Source of the DNA: Octopus bimaculoides
Lineage: Eukaryota
Reading direction: 5' to 3'
DNA: 64,000 nt
Assembly: GCF_001194135.2 (NCBI RefSeq)
Contig: NC_068989.1
Span: 26,371,455-26,435,454 of the forward strand
This document shows positions 38,237-50,590 of the stretch, in pieces. The position numbers and the translations under genes were made by a program. The notes below the pieces were generated by a model. It was not told the DNA's origin. It saw only the letters and a list, made by a program, of their open reading frames with translations, and searched no databases. How positions within the stretch are numbered: the stretch's first letter is position 1; each line of letters starts with the position of its first letter.

Positions 38237-38399
38237 CATCCTTATTATGAATTCATTTCCCAATTTAAGAATAGATTGTACCCCAATAAAAGAATAGATT
38301 GAATTTAGAATAACCAATTTCTATACCATATATTTTGCTTTTTTCTTCCTATATATAAGGAAAAATTTAATTCTCGCCAACACCAGGCGCCTCTGCTAG
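34660..38399 (+). mobile_element. Helitron PIF1-like helicase fossil, split by the 35333-37524 insertion; probable 3' end at 38375-38399
   Basis: FVDATGKT...GRTAHSAYKLPLNL...DFRQTLPVIP (34680-35100); KAILAPK (~37550); FNSLEPFGTPPHKL, LDPPKLLNGT, PVRLCF, and terminal KNVV*PEALT* (37690-38102). Small hairpin CGCC..GGCG followed by CTAG at 38396-38399. Confidence 0.88.
35333..37524 (+). mobile_element. Decayed DNA transposon, probably Chapaev3-like (CMC superfamily)
   Basis: MVWREQMNHYDDC, IIYPNIPSA, LFIDYSNKSLKVILL, LICGDFKV...GIQGGYTKYP.FLCLW, PPIHIKLKL, KMHFLHSHLD. Ends CACT... and ...AGAG (degenerate AGTG), with ATA/TTA flanks consistent with a 3-bp TWA TSD. Superfamily call is from recalled motifs. 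Confidence 0.7.
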
Positions 38400-39233
38400 C
38401 ATATNNNNNNNNNNNNNNNNNNNNNNNNNNNNNNNNNNNNNNNNNNNNNNNNNNNNNNNNNNNNNNNNNNNNNNNNNNNNNNNNNNNNNNNNNNNNNNNN
38501 NNNNNNNNNNNNNNNNNNNNNNNNNNNNNNNNNNNNNNNNNNNNNNNNNNNNNNNNNNNNNNNNNNNNNNNNNNNNNNNNNNNNNNNNNNNNNNNNNNNN
38601 NNNNNNNNNNNNNNNNNNNNNNNNNNNNNNNNNNNNNNNNNNNNNNNNNNNNNNNNNNNNNNNNNNNNNNNNNNNNNNNNNNNNNNNNNNNNNNNNNNNN
38701 NNNNNNNNNNNNNNNNNNNNNNNNNNNNNNNNNNNNNNNNNNNNNNNNNNNNNNNNNNNNNNNNNNNNNNNNNNNNNNNNNNNNNNNNNNNNNNNNNNNN
38801 NNNNNNNNNNNNNNNNNNNNNNNNNNNNNNNNNNNNNNNNNNNNNNNNNNNNNNNNNNNNNNNNNNNNNNNNNNNNNNNNNNNNNNNNNNNNNNNNNNNN
38901 NNNNNNNNNNNNNNNNNNNNNNNNNNNNNNNNNNNNNNNNNNNNNNNNNNNNNNNNNNNNNNNNNNNNNNNNNNNNNNNNNNNNNNNNNNNNNNNNNNNN
39001 NNNNNNNNNNNNNNNNNNNNNNNNNNNNNNNNNNNNNNNNNNNNNNNNNNCTATATAGCTTATAAGAATAGGAAATTTCATAAGTTCTAAATGGTTTTAA
39101 TTAGTTCCCCTAATTTAAATTTCATTTATTTTTTTATTTTATTTAATGCTTGACTCTAAAAGGATCATTATTATTATTACATTATTTCAGAGCTTGTAGG
39201 GATAGTGTCTTGTTTATTTTGTATTTTTAACTG

Positions 39234-39300
39234 AAATAAATCTAATCCTTATGCCCAAAATAAATCTAATCCTTATGCCCAAAATAAATCTAATCCTTAT
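39234..39300 (+). repeat. 24-bp tandem repeat, ~2.8 units
   Basis: AAATAAATCTAATCCTTATGCCCA repeated. Confidence 0.9.
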
Positions 39301-40599
39301 TCAATTAATATTCTTTAATTAGCCCGTGTTAGTCTTAAAACAAGTTCATGACTAATTAAACTAGTAATCAATTATCATGTTTCTGTATTGGATGTCCTTG
39401 TTAATTCCAAATATCCTTTTTCTTTTTTTTGTCCCTTAAACCTTAAACCCATTATTAAAAACTATATAAATCCTATACTAATTATTCTTTACATTATAAA
39501 AATAAAGCTTACCTTTTTATGTGTCTTCAAAATAGTATTATTATATATATCAGCTTAAATTTTAAAATCATTCTAAAAATAATTAAAAATAGTTTTCCTG
39601 AGCCCAATATATATAATATTCTTAGACTTTACACCTTATCTATAGCCTCTGAATTCAATATTGACGTTACTTCATGATTTCTGTATAAACTAATTACATT
39701 ACATTTTATTATTAACATACTTCTTATTATTAAAATATTGTTTAAACTGGTATTGATATCTGTAAAACAATACTGATGTTCTATTCAGACTAAAGGAAAA
39801 GCCCTGTTGACCTATATGCTTAGGGTTTAATTCCTCAACATTACAATAGTAATAGAAAAACCACAACCTATAATAGTGTTTCCACTCTGACCAGAGAAAC
39901 CTTTATAACCATATCCATGTATAATGCTTACACCTTCCCTTTCCTTAGAAGTGATTGCCCCTTATATTATAACTACTAGATAAGAGACAATAAAATCGGA
40001 GACAGTTAGAATTCTGCCTAGAACCAATTACTAGCCTGATAGCCTTGGCTATGTCAAGATGGATTTTTATGTATTCTTCTTCCCACTTGGATTTGAAATG
40101 TTGCCACAATTAAAATATGTCTATTCTACTGTAATTTTCTACATTTTCGTGCAGCTGAAGATTGCTCTACATATTGCATCTAATGTAATGCTCGCATTAC
40201 TTAAATAAATGGATTAGCATGAAACGTGCGTACTGCAATCATCTTTAAAATCCGTGTTGCTTATTTTGATTTTTTGATCACCTCGCTTTTGGAATGGTTT
40301 TTGTATAATNNNNNNNNNNNNNNNNNNNNNNNNNNNNNNNNNNNNNNNNNNNNNNNNNNNNNNNNNNNNNNNNNNNNNNNNNNNNNNNNNNNNNNNNNNN
40401 NNNNNNNNNNNNNNNNNNNNNNNNNNNNNNNNNNNNNNNNNNNNNNNNNNNNNNNNNNNNNNNNNNNNNNNNNNNNNNNNNNNNNNNNNNNNNNNNNNNN
40501 NNNNNNNNNNNNNNNNNNATTTAGATTTTATATATATATATATATATATATATAAATCTAAACCTTTATATATATCAGAAATTAAAGGAGGAAAATGCA

Positions 40600-42200
40600 C
40601 ACAATTTACATGTTTTTAATATAATTTTTAATGTATCTTATATTGTGTGTGTCGACCGGTTTCGCTTTCGCTAATCATGACATTAACATTTATCTAAATA
40701 CGTATTTCCTTAAGGAAAATCCCTTTGTCCATGTTGTATGTGGAGTTTTTGAATAAATGATTCAACAAGTAGAAATATCTAAGCCGAGGTAATTGATTAT
40801 CGTTATTGTTGTGGACAGGGGATATAATTCTTCATCTTTCGGTGGGTGGGTGGGTGTGGAATGTATATATATATATATGTATATACACACAATTCGAAAA
40901 CTAGACTAGTGCGGAGAAATATGGTCAGTGATAAGTATGTAATCGTGAATTAAAATATGTATAGTGATCAAGGTTGATTATGCGTGCATATTTAGACGTT
41001 CTTCATTTAAACATTCTTTATTTAAACATTCTTGTTGAGAAATTGTATCTTTGCACTATACAAGGAGAAAACTATGAAATTTGGGATGATGTTCCCTGCA
41101 CATCTCTTTTTGTGTTCACTTAAAGGAATCCGTCTTTAGTACGGGGACCGGATCTGCTCTTTATGACTCAATGTCATACTCATCTGTCCTATATGGTGAT
41201 AAACACAACCCGAGCATGTTATTACATAAATTAGATTCCCAGAAGTACAAGTGAAGTTGGTTTTAATTGTGAACTTCTCTCTATGTTTGAAAATGAAATC
41301 CGAGCTTTCAAGAAGGTTGGTGCATGTTACACAGTTTGAGCGGCCACATTTTCTAAATGTTGGTTTCGTGGTTCTTGTGTTAGAAGTTTCTTTAGGAATA
41401 TGTTTTACATTTTGTATTTGATGAATTTATATGCTTTCAGGATGTTGCTCATTTTTGGATCTCTCGGTAGTAAAGGAAGGTTTTGCACAATAGTGTTGTA
41501 TGCCTCAAAGTTTCTAGGGTTGTGAGTTTATATATACAGTAGGGTCTTGAGATGAGGTGTGGTGTTATGCTTTGTTGTCCTTAGTGTTTTGATGTCTAAT
41601 TTCTTGGCACACTTAATTCCCTCGTCTATAAGTGAGGGTGGATATTGTCTTTCAGTTAGTGTTTAACTGAGGTCTTGAAGACGAATGTCCCGAATAGTTC
41701 TGTCAGACACTATTGTGCAAATCCTTTTTGCCAAACTAAAGGGGATACATATTTCGATGTGATTCGGGTGGCATGAGCTTAAAAGGAGATATTGCTTCGA
41801 GTCCGTTGGTTTGTGATAGATGCCAGCTATAATTTGGTTGTTGAATTTTTTTATCATAATATCCAAAAATGGGAGTTGTTCTTTGCTATATTCCATTGTG
41901 AATTGAATCTTACTGTTTATATCATTTAGTGTTGATTTGAATTCCAAAAGTTTCTCAATGGTCTCCTTCCAAATGATAAGACAGTCATCCAGGCATCTTT
42001 TCCAGTTATCTCTTATGTAATGGTCAAATGATTGACCATATTTTTGCAGTGACACTTCATATATGGTGAATTCAAAATAACCCATTATCACGTTTGCAAG
42101 AACAGGGACTGTTTTTGGTCACATCGCAATTCCACATTTTTGACGATAGTAGGTGTCATTAAATAGGAAATAATTCTTCTGAAGTATAAGTTTCAACGAT
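40600..42200 (-). mobile_element. 5'-truncated Penelope-like element: RT, linker, GIY-YIG endonuclease, pseudo-LTR
   Basis: YRQKCGIAM*PKTVPVLANVIMG (~42150-42080); RCLDDCLIIW, LPFLDIMI, YHKPTDSKQYL...SCHP (41663-42091); KTNFTCTSGNLIYVITCSGC (~41270-41210). Hammerhead motif downstream at 40650-40682. Confidence 0.9.
40650..40682 (-). ncRNA. Minimal type I hammerhead motif in the PLE pseudo-LTR (two core substitutions)
   Basis: Reverse complement: TGTC ATGATTA GC GAAA GC GAAA C CG G TC GACA. Stem I TGTC/GACA, stem II GC-GAAA-GC, GUC cleavage triplet. Confidence 0.7.
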
Positions 42201-43430
42201 TCAATAATAAAGACCTGAAAATTTTCTTATTAGTGGGTAATCTAGAAATTCTTGTAGAAATATTCTTTACTAATCCCAATATTATCGTGGGTGGATGGCT
42301 GGATGCTACATTTATGTACTTAATATGGTCTTCTGGCTTATGGAATGGTTCAAATAATCCAGTATCAATACAAGGTAGCGTAAAGAAAACTTAGCCTACG
42401 ATAATCCTTTACCATAGTAATGTTTAGTCCTAATTAAAAAAAAAACCTTAAGAAATGTTTCCTACGTCATTCTCATTGCACTTTAGTACTCCTGTCCAGA
42501 CAATATAAGGCGTCATGCCTATATAGAGCCCCTTTTACTTTCGGAAAGGAAGATTGTATTAATGAACGCATATATATTCCTACTGGGTTTGAGAGCTTTG
42601 CACAATCAGATGACCCCATTGCTATAGTAAAAGCATTCCTTATATCTAATCTACTCCATAATATAGCATCACAATCTACTAAGCTGGCTCATGCGGCAAG
42701 TATTATAAGTATTTCCTGCCGGGAGAAATCGCAATTCCACATCCTATAAATGAGGGCTTAATTAAACGCGATCGAGTTAATAGTGGCGTAATAGCTCCCG
42801 ATATCTAGTAGCAACAACTTCCTATTCTTACTAATTTCTTGAAGCTTAACCCATTTGAACAGCTTTTGGCGTTATGAGTGAATTATGTTTAACTTTGACC
42901 TCCCCATTCTTATAAATAGCAAGTAGCTATTTCATTCGCTTTGTGATCGTAAGTACACCAAATCACACGCGCGTGTATGTTTAAATTTTCGCAGATGCTT
43001 GCATGAGCGAGTATGCACACGCCATGCAACTTACGCAAGGGCATTTGTACATCCATATCTGTTAACGCTAATATTCAATACTTTTCTCGGTGTATTGCAT
43101 GTTCGCTTTTTTTTTTTTTTAATCAGTGATTTTAATTTTTGATCTTGTATATAAATGAAGACATTTTCTTCGTTTTGCTGCTTTTCCTTCTACTAAATGA
43201 GAAGATACTTTGCGGAATTTTTATTTTACTGATTTGTAACTATTTATCACCCGATAGACACATCTGCACCACCGGATGCTCCTGAACCAGTTGTTAAGTG
43301 TCCCACCTGTGAGAGATCGATATACCAGAACAATTGTCGTGATTAATAAAAATTCTCATATATTCCATCTTCCCATTTCCATTTTCCATATACATACATG
43401 CATACATACATACATACATACATACATACG

Positions 43431-43506
<76 letters not shown>

Positions 43507-44090
43507 TAAATTTAGGGATATACAATCGAATCTGGTACCGTATTCACTTTTACAGCTTAATAATGCTGGCTAATCTCAGTGAGTGCAGAAAAACTGCAGT
43601 TAGTTTATTTTACTATCCCGAAAAGACGTTCACATCGTTAAATCTATATGTCTCTATTGAGACTGCATGTTGTCGGTAGAGAAGAAATAATAAATTATTA
43701 ATTAAGGAGAACCGAGATTTATATATCCAGTTTTATTCTGCAGTCAATCATGCGCTATCATTTCTCTACCTATAATGCTTCTCCTGGAATTCAGTGCACA
43801 CAGCAAAAGTTTGCATCGTGGTATGCATTTTGGTGTTAATTGCCTCTTCTTCGGGGTGTTAACTGCATTTCAGATTCCAACTAAAATATATTATACAAGT
43901 AGTATTAGTATTCTAAAAATAGCCAAAATGTTGACCTTTTCAACTGCTGGTTAGAGAAATAAGTGACTAGCTGTGCAAGAATGGGACAGCAAATGTATTT
44001 TATCTTTCGAGTGGTGAATGGTAGTAGTATATTTTATATCAGTTTACCTAGAGTATGCTGATGTAATTATTGTTACTATTATTATCATCC

Positions 44091-44138
<48 letters not shown>

Positions 44139-47114
44139 GTAGTAGTAGTAGTAATAGTAGTACTTCTCTTATTATTATTACTTTCATTTCTATCATTTAA
44201 TTTGCTAACTTTATAATTGAATTAAATTTGTGGATATCGTTAAATTTATTCCCTTATTGTACTTTGATCTTTAGAATTAAGTTTATTTATGTAAGAGTTT
44301 ATATTTAATTAAGTATTCTACTTGCTATTGATTACTTGATTTCTAATATAATTTTAGTATTACCTATCATGCCATTACTTAAATCGATTAAGTGTGTTTA
44401 GACTAATGAACACGTCCTAACGCACTCTCGCGTCTTGTATTTTGTTGTAAGGATTTGGTAAATTTCTTCGGCACATAATGTTTACCGTTTACATTCTCTA
44501 CTATATGGTTTGGCACTACTAATTATTTCCCGTGTAATTTCACATTTGTTATTATTATCTTTCATGGATTAAATTAATTTGCTTCAGCTAGTATTACTCC
44601 TGATTTTACTGTCTCAAAATGAGCTTTGGCAATTCTGTTTTTTATGTTTCTCAAGCGCCGATATAATAATGTTCCTGACATTTTGAGATTATCTTACACT
44701 TGTATAGTGTTTCCTTAAGTTTCCAATTATATTCAAGAAGACATAATCTATTGGTTGCGCAATCACATCTTTTAAAAATTTCTAATCTAACTACTTTTTA
44801 TATTTTCCCTCCTGATTATTTATAATGTTACGTTTGTCCCGTTTCTTCTAATTTACATTTCTTCCTTGNNNNNNNNNNNNNNNNNNNNNNNNNNNNNNNN
44901 NNNNNNNNNNNNNNNNNNNNNNNNNNNNNNNNNNNNNNNNNNNNNNNNNNNNNNNNNNNNNNNNNNNNNNNNNNNNNNNNNNNNNNNNNNNNNNNNNNNN
45001 NNNNNNNNNNNNNNNNNNNNNNNNNNNNNNNNNNNNNNNNNNNNNNNNNNNNNNNNNNTTATTTATAATGTTACGTTTGTCCCGTTTCTTCTAATTTACA
45101 TTTCTTCCTTGATTTTCATTAATTTCCGTATCACGTTCCAATATATTATTTGGATTATAATTCACAACATCTCTATTAATATCATTAATAATAGTTTCTA
45201 TACCTTAGGTTACTATCTGTGTTGTAAATATTTGCTTTTGCATTGCTCGTCATTGTAGCATGTATTTTAACCTGTTCCGATGATAGTATGGTGCTTTTAG
45301 CAGTTTTTTTCCGGAAGTGCTATCCTCGTTCATGATACTCCTTATAACTCGTATTGTAAAGGAAAATATTTGCAAGACTTATAAATGCAGCACATTTGTT
45401 TCAACAAGCACTAGCTTTGAATGCCGCTCTCTAGGTAGCATTCGAAATATCTGGTAAAGTCATCTCCAAACTCATGATACATACGTTTTTGTGTTGAAAT
45501 AGTTGACTCCTTTCAGTCAGGTGAGATTACGAAACGAACGCCATGAGATATCACGAAAAGAAACTTTTTCAGTAGAGATTGAATTTGCAATATCAGCAAC
45601 GTGAATCATGTGACCGCAATGCAGATTAGCTTCAATAATTTTGCGCAGATAGTTGACGATATTGTTGCCTGATTTCTACATTTGTTCAGAAAAAGGCAAA
45701 ATAATGTTCAAATATGATTTACAATTTCCTTTTGGTTAATAACTGCATAACTGAATAATCATTAACCGTCCACAATGTAATTTTATTTTTAATTTCCCGC
45801 TTTCAAATGCGATATTTTGCTTATCGTTTACCAGGTGAATATATTCAGTGCATAAAATTACAAAACGCTATTCAATTTCGTTTTCACATTTATTTGTAAA
45901 AATGAAAATGTATGATATCCAGTGCGCGTTACAAAATATTTATTGCATAATCCTAAGCTCATTTACCTCTTAGATTTTCATTTGAGTCAAGTTATCATTT
46001 CAAAAATCCAATCCAAAGTTATACACATCTGATGGCCTTGCTGGAGAAACAAACTGTAGTATATTGGCAAATATTTTTTTTAACTATGCTTCTGACTACA
46101 TAGTTCTATCGATTTAAGAATTGTTCCCATGTTGATTATGCCAGGTTAATCCACCGGCATGTTACTAGGTAAACAAAATATTATAACAATTAACGCCTAA
46201 TTTATGCATTAGCTAATGATTAAGGCAAATCTTGTAGGATGTTTTTTCCCGATTATAGTGTGGCTTCTTGCATCCCTAATCTTGTCGCAATCCCCGCTTG
46301 CCATGATATACATGCATTGAGCTAAGCGCAAGTTTCCGGAAAACACCATAAAAATTTTTCCTGCATAGAAATCTGCTTTACTTTTCTTTTTCTAAAAATA
46401 GTGATGTTTGGTTTGATGATTGATTTCATTTCAGTGCCTCTTTGTATCATACACCATCATTTATTGACTTGGTAAATGAATTGGCAAATATTCAACAAGA
46501 GGAATGTTTAACGTGATGTGCAAAATACATGAATCTCCAGTAAGCAACACCCTCAATTTTCATAATTTAAATTTTAATACATTTTTTCCTTACCAATGTT
46601 AACATGAACGCGAAAATCTCTCTGCAGTAAAATTACAAAATGAACAACGCCTTTGAAGATATATCTCAGCAGATATTTCACTACTTTGATTGATGTACAC
46701 ACTTTCACTTTAATGTTAAGGAACGCACTTGCAAATACAACTTTGTAGTATCCATTATATTGAGCAATGCAACGAATATCAACAACTTCTCTATTTCCAA
46801 TACAAATGAATGTAGTTTGATACCCTTTGTGGCCAATATACTATTCTTGTATAGGAGTTATTTAGATTATCTCTGCATAAACCATATATTGTAGTTTTCA
46901 CCATCAAGCTACAGAGTTGTGTTGGCTTTGGACTATTTGATTTTTGCTTTCCAGAATAAACAATTTATCTAACATTTCCTATGTATTATTATGGTCAAAA
47001 ACAAAAACTAACCTTCTTCTCTCTTGGGGGTTAGGGAATTCAATAGTAATCAAGGAAGTAATAATCTATCCCACGGAACAAGGTATTATATCTTTCAATA
47101 TTTGTTTATTGATG

Positions 47115-47342
47115 AATGCGGTGAGCTGTCAGAAATATTACCGCCAGGGAAAAGATGCTTAGCAATATTTTTTCCGATGTTACGTTCTGTGTTCCGACGT
47201 AATGTTCTGACGCCAGGTTGACTTTGCCTATCATGCTTTCGGGGTCGAGAAAACACGTACCCGTTGAATACTGGAATGGATGTAATCCACTAGCCCCGTC
47301 CCTCGAACTTGCTGGCCTTCTGCCAAATTTTGAAACCAGCTG
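47115..47342 (+). mobile_element. tRNA-derived SINE, family 2
   Basis: GCGGTGAGCTGTCAGAA head, GACTTTGCCTATCATGCTTTCGGGGTCGA core, CCAAATTTTGAAACCA end; shared with 50446-50590 and 58730-58942. Confidence 0.75.
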
Positions 47343-47399
47343 TGTTGTTGATTCTCCAGCACAAAGTGTATCAACCAGATTATTATGTAAGTCTAAACA

Positions 47400-49260
47400 A
47401 TGAATTAACGTAACACCTCTTATTTTTCGAGCACCTTCCGGAGTATTCGACTGGTTCCAAGCAGTGTTCTTTCTGCAAGTGCTCAACGCTTACGGCAGCC
47501 CCTATTTGTTCCACGTACTTCCCGAGATATTTGCTCACTCTTCCCAGGGCTCCGACAATTAATGGTACTACTGCTACCTTTTTCATCGACCACAACTGCT
47601 TAATTTCCCAAGTTAACCTGTCATATCTGTCGACTTTTCTTTCTTCTTTATCGCTTACCTTGTTGTCAGCTGGGCATACTATATCTATGATCCAGCATAG
47701 TTTGTTTTCTTTCTCCATTAACACTATGTCTGGCTTTCTATTCTCTATCTCATGGTCGCACAGAATCATAAAATCTAATACGATCCTTGCATTTATAGGT
47801 GTGTGGTCGTACCAATTTTTGCCTTGTCAAGTTCAAACTTGTTACAATGTGTCCAATGCACAAGCCTAGTTATATTGTTGTGGCATCTCTTATATTCCTT
47901 CTGGGCTAGTGGTGTACATTGGCTGGTAATATGCCATACGGTTTCGCCGTTTTGTCCAGAGATTCTGCACTTATCACTTTCCGATGTGTTGTCGATTCTG
48001 TATTTATGTAGTTCGTTCTTAGCGTTTGTTCTTGGGAAGCACAGTTTACAGCCTCCGTTTCCTGTCTTCAATCAATTCTAGTCATCCACAGCCGTCTTTT
48101 TTTTATGTCTGTCTTATCTTCAACATCCCTATGAAATTTTCCATGCATTCATTTCTTTACCCATCTATTTTCAGTTTCATTAGTTTTCAATTTCTTGTAT
48201 AGTGGTTTATCTTTGCAATCCTTCATCCTACACAAGCCTGACCTTCTTACGTCTAATAATAGCGGTTCTGTGGCATTTTTTACATACCATGCAACGTTCC
48301 TTCTTCTGCCCTAATGCTGTATTCGCATCTAATAAGTCCTCTTCCCCCTCTTTTTCTTGGTACATGCCGTCTGTCAGTGTCACTTTTTGGGTGGAGTGAC
48401 CCATATCTAGTTAGCAACTTCTTTCTCTTTCTTTCTAAGCTGTTTAGCTCGTCTACTGTCCATGCGATTACCCCTGTTCCGTATCTAAGGAGTGAAACCG
48501 CTTCCGCCTGTTTAATTTCGACTTAAGGATCAGTCTCAGTCTGCACAAGTACTCCACCTTAAATTTTTCTGTCATTTCTTTCTCCATCAATTTATCCATT
48601 TCCAAAATCCCCAAGTACTTATAGCCCATCTCTTCTATCTGCTTTATAACGTACCCCGACGGTATCGTTAGTCCGTCCATACATTTGATTTTGCTTCTCT
48701 TCAAACTAACACACCACACCTTCTCAGTCCGAACTCAATTCTGATATAAGAACCGAAGGTATAGACCGCATCATCGAGGGAACGGACTTGGGCTTCAACT
48801 TTACCATAAAGTTCGTGGTCATCCATGAATAACAAACGGTTGACTTTTTGTTGGCGGCTTTTGAATACATATCCAGCTTTTGCTTTCCTCAGAATCAGTG
48901 TCAGTGGCATCAAGCATAGTACGAAGATTTGTGGGGACAGGTATTCCCCTTTGAAGTTGCGCCTCCTAATTTCTACAGTCCCTAAAATTCTTCCGTATGC
49001 TGGCAGGCCCGTCCTCCGATTATTATTATTTTGGTTTGGCTCAGGTTCGGGTTTATTCCTCGTAGGAATGATGTGAATAGCAGGTATCCGCAAGTTGTAA
49101 CAGTTTTCAAGTGTTTAGAACTCTTGCTGTGCTTAAGAGACAATCTGCATGTAGGAGTTCTACCCGGTAGTCTATTTCAATCTCTCTTAATTATTATTAT
49201 GGTTTACTTTCATTATATCTTTATTTGAGCTGTCTTAGTACCGGGCATCCTCCGGAGGCC
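47400..49260 (-). mobile_element. R4/Dong-like non-LTR retrotransposon fossil (RT, CCHC knuckle, restriction-like endonuclease)
   Basis: LSPQIFVLCLMPL...RLLFMDD (RT, 48701-49093); DKCRISGQNGETVWHITSQC (degenerate CCHC); RKPDIVL...IIDIVCPAD..KE..KVDRY..L...VPLIVGALG (RLE, 47383-47769). Confidence 0.88.
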
Positions 49261-49266
49261 AAGCTG

Positions 49267-49344
<78 letters not shown>

Positions 49345-49350
<6 letters not shown>

Positions 49351-49833
49351 GTTCAGTAGTTTTATTTTTATAACGTGCTTTCACTTCACTACCGAGCGCA
49401 GCTCTGTGTGCCTTGGGTATGTGCTGTGGTTTGCTGTGATGCTCTTATGGTTACTGTATTGAAAGTGTTTTGCTTAGGATGTGTGCAGTACCCAGTAGTG
49501 CAATTTTCTGTATGTTATATATATTTGTAAGTCCTGGTGTTTTTGTTATGTATTTGTCTGAATTTTTTGTATTATACCTAAGGCACCTACTATAATATGA
49601 ATTGTTTCTGTTTTTAGATTCCACATTCGAGTTACCTCTATTTCCAGGTCTTTGTATTTTGAAAGTTTTTCCATTTCTTTTAGGGAAACGTTGTCATCTG
49701 CTGGTATTGATACATCAATTAGAAAGCATTTTTTTCCTTCATGATCTTTGACAACTATATGTGGTCTATTGGCCTTAATTTCTCTATCTTTGTGTATTGG
49801 CATATCCCAGAGTATGGTTGCTTTCTCGTTTTC

Positions 49834-49835
<2 letters not shown>
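49345..49835 (-). mobile_element. Second, severely 5'-truncated R4/Dong-like copy (RLE + 3' UTR) bounded by (TAA)n
   Basis: ILWDMPIHKDREIKANRPHIVVKD...LIDVSIPADDNV..KE.EKLSKYKDLEIE...IVGALG. Confidence 0.85.
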
Positions 49836-49889
<54 letters not shown>

Positions 49890-49914
49890 GTAGTAGTAGT
49901 AGTAGTATTATTAT

Positions 49915-50346
49915 CACAACCATATGCGTGCGACATGGTGGTATTATATAAAGATAAACAGTGCATGTCCTCGCAGGTGGGGCCCAGTTAGAATTTTCTT
50001 CAGGTCGAGTAGCCCATTCTGCTGAAATAGTCTCTGAATTAAGGTTGTTTACGGATGTTGAACGAAACACCCATGTTTCCAAAGGTGAATTATTCAAACT
50101 CCAAAGAATTCCTCTCATCACATGGTTATCAGGTCCCCCCCCCCACTACTTCTGATCGTGATCAGCGGTGCACATATCGTCAGCAACTAAGGGACATGCT
50201 CAACTGGTTAAGGTCAAGCAACTGACAAGGAAATCTGTGGTATTGAGCAGAATATTTGCTGTAGCCCATCTTTTATACCAAGACAAAATAATGTACATGC
50301 TAACACTTCCAATCACGTAAAATCACAAGCCATGAGAGCCACTGTC
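49915..50346 (-). mobile_element. Non-coding interspersed repeat between (TAA)n arrays, possibly a non-autonomous partner or 5' segment of the R4/Dong-like family
   Basis: Complex sequence bounded on both sides by (TTA)n; resembles a common repeat I recall from octopus DNA. No second copy in this window. Confidence 0.4.
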
Positions 50347-50355
50347 TGGTACTGC

Positions 50356-50445
<90 letters not shown>

Positions 50446-50590
50446 AGGCAGCGAGACTTCAAAATCATTAGCACACAGGGCGAAATGCTTATCGGCATTT
50501 CGTCCGCCGAGATCGACTTTGCCTTTCCTCCTTTCGGGTCGATAAAATAAGTACCAGTGAAGTAGTGGGGACCGGTGTAATCGACTAACC
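50446..50590 (+). mobile_element. SINE family 2, internally deleted copy
   Basis: GGCAGCGAG head, GGGCGAAATGCTTA, GACTTTGCCTTTCCTCCTTTCGGGTCGATAAAATAAGTACCAG. Confidence 0.75.

Noticed and set aside
39050-40309. Mitochondrial insertion (RTFHAN resembles cytochrome b)
   Set aside because: Neighbouring residues do not continue the cytb pattern and no mitochondrial gene order is visible.
44814-45110. Exact ~55-bp direct repeat
   Set aside because: The copies sit on either side of an N gap; probably a scaffolding overlap artefact.
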